Part shown: piece after piece, positions 29,979-38,600 of the stretch
Numbering within the stretch: the first letter of the stretch is position 1
Layout: the number at the start of each line of letters is the position of its first letter
Source: a virus
Length of the DNA: 64,000 bases
UHGV virus genome: UHGV-1364187
Direction: 5' to 3' (one strand)
Notes under the pieces: model-generated
What the model was told of the DNA's origin: nothing
Databases searched by the model: none
Seen by the model: the letters and a program-made list of their open reading frames with translations, nothing else
Position numbers and translations under genes: made by a program

Positions 29979-30602
29979 TTAATATTTTAAACTATTCCAT
30001 TCTGGGAATGGTTTTTGTTCTACTACTGGTTTATCAATAGTATCTTTGATTGTATGTGCTAATTGAATATTATCTTTTACAATTCTTAGAATAGTTTTTT
30101 TAGAATTAAAATCGATATTCTTAATAGCTTCATAACAAGGTTCGATATATTTGATAAATCTATCAATATATTCAACCAATTCTTTATTAGAACTAAATAC
30201 ACCACCAGCTTCAAAACTTACTGCTAACTTGGTATTGATAAGTGTATTAAGATCTTCTAGTACTTTAAATTGATCCTTGATTGATTTTGTTTTATTGAAA
30301 TAAAAGTTTTCATTAATATACTTTTGAATTTCGTCCGTACATGTAAAATCAGATTCAATATGTACACCTTTTAAAATTTCTCCTGTTCTGTCTGTAATAA
30401 AAGACAAGTTGTATAACGGATTACTATTATATATAATAGCAGTAATGAATTTAGAATCTGTTTGTGCAATCCCTTTTAAATTCTCTGTTCTATATCTTTG
30501 TTTACCAATAAATGTAAACTCTGGACGTTTATTGATTTTATCTGCTAGAACATAAAGTTCTTTAAGCATTTTCATCTTGTCTACTAATACTGATTGTGAC
30601 AT
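29979..30602 (-). CDS. hypothetical protein (~207 aa)
   Basis: Start taken at MSQSV, preceded by aaggaggaatgattatcATG. Confidence 0.45.
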   Translation of the reverse strand: MSQSVLVDKMKMLKELYVLADKINKRPEFTFIGKQRYRTENLKGIAQTDSKFITAIIYNSNPLYNLSFITDRTGEILKGVHIESDFTCTDEIQKYINENFYFNKTKSIKDQFKVLEDLNTLINTKLAVSFEAGGVFSSNKELVEYIDRFIKYIEPCYEAIKNIDFNSKKTILRIVKDNIQLAHTIKDTIDKPVVEQKPFPEWNSLKY

Positions 30603-30665
30603 GATAATCATTCCTCCTTATATTAATATTAGTTATTATAGTGTTTTTTATATAATTAAATATTA

Positions 30666-30690
30666 TTTCGATTATATATTATAAATATGA
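30666..30690 (+). promoter_or_regulatory. conserved AT-rich phage promoter-like motif (copy F, plus orientation)
   Basis: tttcgattatatattataaatatga, about 48 nt upstream of the ATG at 30739. Confidence 0.45.
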
Positions 30691-30738
30691 TAGATAAATG
30701 AGATATCTATACTATTATATTATGAGGAGGTACTTATT

Positions 30739-31425
30739 ATGAATAAAGTACAAGAGTTTATTTTCAACAATCTAGGAAGCGTTAGAATTATACCATCCGA
30801 GAATGGTAACCAAATTGACACACTATTCTGTGCCAAAGATGTAGCATCTATTTTAGGGTACAGTAACACAAAAGATGCAATTTTAAGACATTGTAAGGGG
30901 GTCGTGAAACACGACCTCCCTTCAAATGGAGGAAATCAATTAACAAACTTTATTAAACTTCCAGATGTATTCAATCTTATTTATGGATCTAAAATGCCTT
31001 TCGCTGAAGAGTTTAAAGATTGGATCTCTTATGAATTATTACCATCTATTTATATGAATGGTAGCTATACAGATCAAAATCATGATCCAAATTTCAAATT
31101 ACCAAATACAATATACAATAGTGCAACAGATACATATGATCTAGCACAAAATGTAGATAGTGAATTTGAAATTCCGTGGAATGAAGAAACTTTAAACCAA
31201 TTCCCAGAATGTATGAGAAGATATCAACAAAATCCAAATATTCAATTAAATAAACATGATTCTATGATGTTATATGGTGTAAATCTTATGATGAATGAAT
31301 ATCAACAAAGACATTTTGAGTATACAATAAATATAATTAACCAATTACAAAATCAAATCAATCAAATGCAACAAGATGTAAATAAAGTCAAACAATTAAT
31401 CGTTCCAGTAACAATTGAAAAATAA
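30739..31425 (+). CDS. Bro-N domain protein (phage anti-repressor-like N-terminal DNA-binding domain) with Q-rich coiled-coil C-terminus
   Basis: Bro-N signature FNNLGSVRIIPSENGNQIDTLFCAKDVASILGYSNTKDAI. RBS gaggaggt. Confidence 0.65.
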   Translation: MNKVQEFIFNNLGSVRIIPSENGNQIDTLFCAKDVASILGYSNTKDAILRHCKGVVKHDLPSNGGNQLTNFIKLPDVFNLIYGSKMPFAEEFKDWISYELLPSIYMNGSYTDQNHDPNFKLPNTIYNSATDTYDLAQNVDSEFEIPWNEETLNQFPECMRRYQQNPNIQLNKHDSMMLYGVNLMMNEYQQRHFEYTINIINQLQNQINQMQQDVNKVKQLIVPVTIEK

Positions 31426-31448
31426 TATAGTTCATAGGAGATGATTTT

Positions 31449-31871
31449 ATGTTAGTATTAGGAAAATTCGATTATGTATATTCAGATCAACAAAAAGATG
31501 CATTAAGAAACGCAATTACTAATAATATTGAAGTTGGTGATATTAAAAATCCAGGCATTCCATTGAATCTTATGGAAACATATATTGAACTTAGGTCTTA
31601 TGGGTATGATATTGAATTTTTAGAAGATCACGGTATTGGACTTTTAAGTATAACTTATCTGGATTGCCTTAAGGAATTAGCCAGAAATGATATTGATATT
31701 TATCAATTCATCTATTGTGATAAATTTATACCATATGACAATAGACAAATACTTACTATTACTGATGGTCTATTAGAAGGATTTGATATTAGATACTTTG
31801 GAAATATTAATCTATCTAATACAGAAATGAGAGAAATTATTGAAACTTTAAAGAAGGAGAGAATAGCATAA
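31449..31871 (+). CDS. hypothetical protein (140 aa)
   Basis: RBS ataggagatg. Confidence 0.45.
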   Translation: MLVLGKFDYVYSDQQKDALRNAITNNIEVGDIKNPGIPLNLMETYIELRSYGYDIEFLEDHGIGLLSITYLDCLKELARNDIDIYQFIYCDKFIPYDNRQILTITDGLLEGFDIRYFGNINLSNTEMREIIETLKKERIA

Positions 31872-32200
31872 TGAATTATAGAACAATATATTATCAACCA
31901 TCATTAGCAAATAAAGTCTTACATAAATCTATCAATCTACGTAAGATTAAATATTCAGGTTATAAAAGTAAACATGAAGCAATTAATCATGTTATATATA
32001 GAAATATACTGAGATTAATAAGTAGTATTGGCAGTTATATAGAATTCGAAGTATCTACAAAATTTGTAGATGATTTTACTATAGAAATAGATTTAAACTA
32101 CTATAAAGTACTTAATAGAATGAGATTTTATGAACTTATTATAGCTTTATGCACTACCGATTATGTACAAGAAGATCAAATAAAAGAATTTGATATATAG
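31871..32200 (+). CDS. small hypothetical protein, paralog of 32213..32575
   Basis: MNYRTIYYQPSLANKVLHKSINL is nearly identical to the N-terminus of the next gene, MVYRTRYYQPSLANKVLHRSVDL. Confidence 0.5.
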   Translation: MNYRTIYYQPSLANKVLHKSINLRKIKYSGYKSKHEAINHVIYRNILRLISSIGSYIEFEVSTKFVDDFTIEIDLNYYKVLNRMRFYELIIALCTTDYVQEDQIKEFDI

Positions 32201-32212
32201 GGAGATAATTTT

Positions 32213-32575
32213 ATGGTATATAGAACAAGATATTATCAACCATCATTAGCAAATAAAGTCTTACATAGATCTGTTGATCTATGTAAGATTAATTATTATA
32301 GTAATACTAATAAGAAAATTGCACTTAAGTCTGGTATAAATAGTACTATAATGAGCATGTTATCTCAAATTACGAAAGATTATATGTATAATGTAGAATT
32401 TGAAATATCAACAGTATTGAATGGGGAAATATTGGATATTTATATAAAGTATTATAAAGTTATCAATAATATGGATTTATTAAATATTACTATAGATCTA
32501 AAATGTATCTCTCTAAAAGTATATATATCTGATAAAGATTTTAATAATATATTAAGAAAGCTTAAATTGATATAG
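32213..32575 (+). CDS. small hypothetical protein, paralog of 31871..32200
   Basis: Shared N-terminal ~25 aa. RBS tagggagat. Confidence 0.5.
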   Translation: MVYRTRYYQPSLANKVLHRSVDLCKINYYSNTNKKIALKSGINSTIMSMLSQITKDYMYNVEFEISTVLNGEILDIYIKYYKVINNMDLLNITIDLKCISLKVYISDKDFNNILRKLKLI

Positions 32576-32598
32576 ATATCTTTTGTGATATCTATATC
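32570..32598 (+). terminator. hairpin terminator
   Basis: Arms gatatagatatc and gatatctatatc, followed by tttatttttt. Confidence 0.55.
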
Positions 32599-32794
32599 TT
32601 TATTTTTTGTAAAATTGTATTGGTATATAAAAATTATTATCTCAAATATCTCTATAATATTATTGTATAGATTATAAATATACATATATACTTTATTAAA
32701 GTATATATGTATTATATCAATATTTTCATCTATTGTTTTGTTGTATATTATGGAGATTTTTATAGATCTCCCTGATTTCCTTCTGTAATTTTTC

Positions 32795-32825
32795 AGGGTT
32801 CCTAGTCAACGCCTTTAAAAGCCCC
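32795..32825. repeat. GC-rich 31-bp direct repeat, copy 1 (agggttcctagtcaacgcctttaaaagcccc), followed by a C6-TA-C6 tract
   Basis: Exact 31/31 match with 33146..33176. Both copies are followed by ...tttgtta. Confidence 0.8.
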
Positions 32826-33145
32826 CCTACCCCCCATTACTTTTTTGTTATATATTTTATAAATTATTATATCAAAATATCTATATTTATATATAAAAAT
32901 TGAGAAATCTGTATTACAATATTGATATCTATCTTATATTGATAAATATGTATTGTAATATAGATTGTTATGATATGTAAATAAAGTTATGTGTATATTG
33001 TATATCTATGTTTTTATATAGATGATTTTATTATAGAGATATAGATATCTCAGATTTGTATCTAAAGTATATCTATATCTCTATAATATTTATATATGTA
33101 TATTATCTATGTATTTATCATTGTTTTCCTCTTATCTATCTTTTA

Positions 33146-33176
33146 AGGGTTCCTAGTCAACGCCTTTAAAAGCCCC
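33146..33176. repeat. GC-rich 31-bp direct repeat, copy 2
   Basis: Identical to copy 1, 351 bp away. The interval between them is AT-rich and carries GATATAGATATC-family palindromes, including a 17-bp inverted repeat at about 33040-33095. Confidence 0.8.
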
Positions 33177-33282
33177 TTAGTATTTTGTTAGAACTTTAAT
33201 AAAATTTAAATATGGACAGTATATGAATAGTATAAAATATACTAAATATAAGGAGGAATTGAATATGAATATTATTTAATCA

Positions 33283-33654
33283 ATGATTAATGAAAAATTA
33301 GGAGAAGTAAGAGTAATTAGAAGTGAAGATGGTAATGTAATGAATACATTATTTTGTGCATTAGATGTTGCAAGAGCATTAATGTATACTGAAAATAGTA
33401 TAAGAAATGCAATTAATAGTCATTGTAGATATGTGTCAAAAATACACGTACATCATCCACAAAATCCAGATAAAACAATTAGTATCAATTTTATTCCATT
33501 ATGTGATGTATTTTCATTAATATATGGATCATGTAAAGAAGAAGCTGAAGAATTTAGAAGATGGATTAATGAAGATGTACTACCACAGTTATATCAATTT
33601 GGTACGTATACAGTTAAAGATTATATTCCAGATTTACCATTAGGTAATCCATAA
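33283..33654 (+). CDS. Bro-N domain protein, second paralog; N-terminal part, ended by an in-frame TAA
   Basis: Bro-N signature GEVRVIRSEDGNVMNTLFCALDVARALMYTENSIRNAI. RBS taaggaggaatt. ORF 33685..33957 lies in the same frame 30 nt later and resembles the C-terminal half of the 30739 paralog. Confidence 0.6.
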   Translation: MINEKLGEVRVIRSEDGNVMNTLFCALDVARALMYTENSIRNAINSHCRYVSKIHVHHPQNPDKTISINFIPLCDVFSLIYGSCKEEAEEFRRWINEDVLPQLYQFGTYTVKDYIPDLPLGNP

Positions 33655-33684
33655 TTTAATCAAAATAATATAGATGATATCTTT

Positions 33685-33957
33685 ATGAATTCATCAGAAA
33701 CATGTATGAGTAATGGTGAATCATTCAATAATTATTCTTTAGTAGTAGATATAGTAAAACGATTAGTTAATTATATTCAACCATTATATAGAAATCAACA
33801 ACAGATTGCAAATTACATACAACAAACAAATTTACAAAATCAAAAAGCATTAGAAGCAATAAACAATAGATTAGATAATATGGCTTCTAATTATTTAACT
33901 GAAGACGGAATGATAATACCAGCAAGAATTATTCCAAAAGAACAAAGAATGAATTAA
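33685..33957 (+). pseudogene. C-terminal (Q-rich coiled-coil) part of the second Bro-N paralog, separated from its N-terminal part by an in-frame TAA; no RBS of its own
   Basis: 33685 - 33283 = 402, a multiple of 3. Q/N-rich heptads like those at the C-terminus of 30739..31425. No SD before its ATG. Confidence 0.4.
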
Positions 33958-34093
33958 TATAAAAGAGTACATTGTACTCTTTTATTTTTTGTCTATATAC
34001 GTTAGTATTGAACTTATATTTTTCTGTAAACAAAATCTTAATCAATTATATATTATATATATGAATATAATAATATTGAAAGGAGATTGTATT

Positions 34094-34390
34094 ATGAGAT
34101 TAAAACGAGTAGGAATGATAGAGAGAGATAAAAATGTATATCCTATTATAAATGAGGATGAATTAGAACCTGGAAGATATGCAATAAAGGTTGATGAATT
34201 TACACATGGGATATCAGTATTAGAACGTGGAAACATCAATGATGGTACATCTTTGTATTATTGTAAACAAATTAAGACTTATAATGATAATAGCGTTTAC
34301 CTTTATACTAATAATATGTATGAAAGTACAAGAAAGAAATTTAGTGTTAATAAATTACTTAGAAATGCAGTAGTATGTAATATGATATGA
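34094..34390 (+). CDS. hypothetical protein (~98 aa)
   Basis: Start taken at MRLKRV after gaaaggagattg; the ORF-track start at 33989 has no RBS. Confidence 0.45.
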   Translation: MRLKRVGMIERDKNVYPIINEDELEPGRYAIKVDEFTHGISVLERGNINDGTSLYYCKQIKTYNDNSVYLYTNNMYESTRKKFSVNKLLRNAVVCNMI

Positions 34391-34725
34391 GTAATTTTAA
34401 AAGAATACCAGCAACAATAGTTCCAAAAGGATATATACCAATAATAGCATATGGTATTGAAGGTAAATACATTTATAATGATAATGATAATCCATATGAT
34501 AGTGTAATATATCCAAGGAGAGGTATTCATTATAATATGGATTATGGTATACAATCTAGTGAAGATAGTGGAACAGTTCCACTATATATAGATAACAAAA
34601 AACAACGTATAGATCTATATTCTCTTATAGAAGAAAATGATAGAGAAATTTCTAAACTAGAACATGAAATAGAAAAAGAAAGAGATAGAATCATGATAGA
34701 AAGGATGATGAATAATAATGAGTAA
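34387..34725 (+). CDS. hypothetical protein (112 aa)
   Basis: ATGATATGA overlap with the preceding gene. Confidence 0.45.
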   Translation: MSNFKRIPATIVPKGYIPIIAYGIEGKYIYNDNDNPYDSVIYPRRGIHYNMDYGIQSSEDSGTVPLYIDNKKQRIDLYSLIEENDREISKLEHEIEKERDRIMIERMMNNNE

Positions 34726-35041
34726 AAGATGCAAAGAAAGAGGATTTAGTGGTAAATGTAAAATAAGTAAAGATAGAATTATATACTTTGAAGGTAAATT
34801 ACCAGCTGTAAGTGAATTACAGCTTAAATATTTCATAATATGTAGTATCAAAAAGATTTTTAATGTAAGTAATATTATTCATCCAGAAATGCATTCTGCA
34901 ACATATGATTCATCATCATTTGTTGCTAGAAAAGTAGCAAAAGATGGTATATTCTATTATGAAGATGAAGAATATACTAAATTTATAAAATCTGATACAA
35001 TTTTAGAGGAGGATGATGAAAATGGTGAGATGCCTTTCTAA
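34718..35041 (+). CDS. hypothetical protein (107 aa)
   Basis: Overlapping start with the preceding gene. Confidence 0.45.
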   Translation: MSKRCKERGFSGKCKISKDRIIYFEGKLPAVSELQLKYFIICSIKKIFNVSNIIHPEMHSATYDSSSFVARKVAKDGIFYYEDEEYTKFIKSDTILEEDDENGEMPF

Positions 35042-35549
35042 TGATGTAATAGGATTAACTAGAGAAAATCCTATATGGAAATATTTAGATAGAGAAGATT
35101 TAGAAGAAAAAAGATATAAGATATCATCTAATGGTGATATCTTTGATAATATTTTAAATAAAGTTGTAGTTCCATTTAAACAAGCTAAATGTAAACATAA
35201 ATTAGTTAAACTTTGCAGGAAAGATGGAACATTAACTATCGGAAATGTAACATCTTTAGTTGTGTATACATTTATATCTAAAGATATAAAATCAAGTACA
35301 GAGTTTTATTTTGTTAATAATGATCATAATGATACTTATGTACACAACATAGGGTTTTCTAGTAGATCATTAACAAAATTAACAGATAGAGATATACATC
35401 ATATATGTAATATGATAGAAAGTCATTGTGATGATGAAGAAATATGTAGATTATACAATTTCATGCAAAGAGCGACATTCTTAAATTTCTTAAGGAATAT
35501 AAGAAATGGAAAAGTAAGAAAAGATATTAGTAAATTTTATCAAATATAA
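35013..35549 (+). CDS. hypothetical protein (178 aa)
   Basis: RBS gaggagg. Terminator immediately downstream. Confidence 0.45.
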   Translation: MMKMVRCLSNDVIGLTRENPIWKYLDREDLEEKRYKISSNGDIFDNILNKVVVPFKQAKCKHKLVKLCRKDGTLTIGNVTSLVVYTFISKDIKSSTEFYFVNNDHNDTYVHNIGFSSRSLTKLTDRDIHHICNMIESHCDDEEICRLYNFMQRATFLNFLRNIRNGKVRKDISKFYQI

Positions 35550-35575
35550 AGAAAAACTATTATAATAAACAACAA

Positions 35576-35611
35576 AAAGGCTATAAGAGATTAAATTCTC
35601 TTATAGCCTTT
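35576..35611. terminator. bidirectional terminator between convergent genes
   Basis: 15-bp stem aaaggctataagaga/tctcttatagccttt, then T8. Confidence 0.7.
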
Positions 35612-35686
35612 TTTTTAACAAACAACGATTAATTTACTTGGGACCAATGCATAATAGCATTACAATATAGTTATATCTTTTATTTT

Positions 35687-38600
35687 TTACATTTGGTCTA
35701 AATATTTCCATTTAATTCCCGCTAAATCTTTTGCATGTCTGTCTAATTCTATCATAGCTTTATTAATAGCACCAACAATAATAGGTGCTCCTGTCATACG
35801 TGCTAATGTAGATGCAACACATAATATAGTATGGATTTTTTCATCTGGTCTATATGATGATGTTGGTTCTTTTCCTTTTTCTAATACAGTTCTACATACA
35901 CCCTTTACAGCAGAATAATCTACAATTTTATCACCAACTGCTAATTTGTCTTCATATTCTAGATATATCTCTATAAGAATTCCGCTTTCAATATTTTTAA
36001 GTTTTCCAACAACAGGCAATGCTTCTGTAGATTCTAATCCATAAATATAATCTATTCCATATTTCTTTTGAGCAGACTTTATTTTTTTAATAGGTTTTTC
36101 AATTTCAGTTACAAACTTCTTAAGAGAATCTGATAGTTCATCTATTTCACATGTTCTATATACTTTGATATCACTTATGATACCATTAGCTTTAGCTTTA
36201 ATTGTAAATCTTCCAAGATCAGATACAAGTTCGACATCTCCAGATAAAGATTTCATTAAAGCATTAACATCTTCTTCATCATATGCGTCTTGAAATACTA
36301 ATAATGTATCTCCTTCTTGCACATAATCCCCTTTCTTTACAATATCTAATAATATAGCATTTTTATCCATAGATACATCTTTCTTAACGTCTATATATGA
36401 CGTTAATGCATCTGATAAATATTCTGAAACGATTGTACTATCTTCAAATCCTTCTTCTGTAGACATAATAGCTACTTTAGTTAATAATCCCATTGAGTAT
36501 GTAAGATTATCATTAGCACCATAAGCATGGTCAAAACTAAATTTATCATAGGCTATAATATCATTAGCTTTGAATTTATCTCCAACTTTTAGTTCTGTAC
36601 TAAGTTGTAATGTGATATAGAATCCACCATCTGAATTTTTTCTAATATTGTTTCTTAAATCTATAAAATCATGAGTTCCATCAGAATAAGTTACAATCAT
36701 ATAGTCATCTGTAATAGTCTCAACTGTACCATTCTTTTTAGCTTTAAATGCAAAGTTATTTGTTACCATATATGGTAAAGCTTGATCTGCACCGTTTGTA
36801 ATTAAAGATGGGAATGATATTTTTGTTGGTAATTGATGTTTTGATGTTTGGATAAAGTCCATTGCTGAACGCATAGCATCATTACGTGTTACACCATATG
36901 GAGTTAATGCTTCTTGGATAGAAAATGAACTAGTAATATTCATATCATCTCTATTTTTAGTGGTTTTAATATACCCCCTAATAGTATCAACATTCATATT
37001 TATTGTAGCCTGCCTTACAATACCAGAGTTACCAGCGAAGTTTGTAGCACATGCTAATATATTAATCATAGAAGGATCATATGAACGTTTATCAGCTTTA
37101 TATGCTCTATCTGCATTCATACCAGAATGACCTTTAGTTGATAATGCATTAATAGCTTCTAACTCTCCAATAGGAGTAGTATATGAGTAATCACCAGCAG
37201 TATTAGCCATTAATACTTCATCTATTACTGCAGATTGTTTCATTGATATAGTGGCATTCTTAAATCCTTTTTTAATTTTATTTTTATAATCATTATAAGC
37301 ATATGCCAATTCCTTATAAGCATAAGCTGCCACTATTTCATTACTACGATATCTATATGCATCCATGTTAGTATGATTACTATACTGTGTTGATGCTAGT
37401 AAATCATTTGCATATAACAATATGTCTGTAAATTCTGTAGGTAATCCGTAATGAATCAATGATTGCAATGTGATATAATCAATCATACAATCATAGAAGT
37501 TTTCTATACCATCAGATAATTTAGCTCTAGGACCATAATTATCTAAGATTTCTATCCACATAGATTTTGAATCTATATCTCCAATAGAATATATTTCTGT
37601 AGTGACATCTTTAATTCCATTTAGTAATAGATTTGAACTGTTAGTACATTCAAAAACTATATATCCATCTGAAAATCTTATAAAATCTGCATTATCTGCT
37701 TTTTTGTCACTTTGATCAAGTTTTTCTTTTATAGTATATTTAATATTAGCTTTTTTAAGCATTTCAGTTAAACCAATTTGATAGCATATGATGATAGCTA
37801 GTGGAATTTGAGTATTAAGAATACTAGCTCTAGAATAAATATACTTCTTACCTTTAGTTGTATTATTGTATAATTCTCTAAGTTCATTATCGTCTCCAAT
37901 TAATAAGTCCAATATTTTATTAGGGACATCTGGAAATGAACTATAGATAACTTCTTTAGACGTTTTGTGATATGCAATAGGAATTTTTCCTTGTGGAACT
38001 TTCTCTATATTATATTTAGTTCTAATCTCTTTTTGATTAAGATATACTATAACATCTTTAGTTTCTAACTTATTGTACTGAGAAGCTAAATATTCATATG
38101 TATATGGTACATCATAAATATTATTAGCTAATGTACAATCTCCTATAGTAGATTTTATCTTATCTGTTTTGTTTATAGTTTTTATCAATCTGTCAGTAAC
38201 AGAATCTGATTTTTGTCCATATCTTTTAATGAAGATTTTATTGTAGTTTGATACAATTTGAACAGTATCTGGGTCTGTTTTTGATATTGGTAACAATAAT
38301 AATTGACCATTAATAGTCTTATCATTACCTTTAATAATAAGAAACTTATTATCTTTAAACTTAGGTACGTCGAATTTAAATTGAAATCTTTTACCGAACG
38401 AATCTTCGCAAAATACAGTATATGTATCTTTATAATCTTCTGACGTTGATGAATCTTCAATTTTTATATCTCTTACTGCAACAGGATAAGATGATTTTGT
38501 AAGAAGTTCTGTAATACAGTTAATTATATCTTTATTTACATCATAATCGTTTTCGATATTCATATATTTTAGATTAGACCATTCCTCTTCATTTACAGTG

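Noticed and set aside
32795-33176. CRISPR array
   Set aside because: Only two copies of the 31-bp repeat, 351 bp apart, with no regular spacer periodicity and no cas genes.
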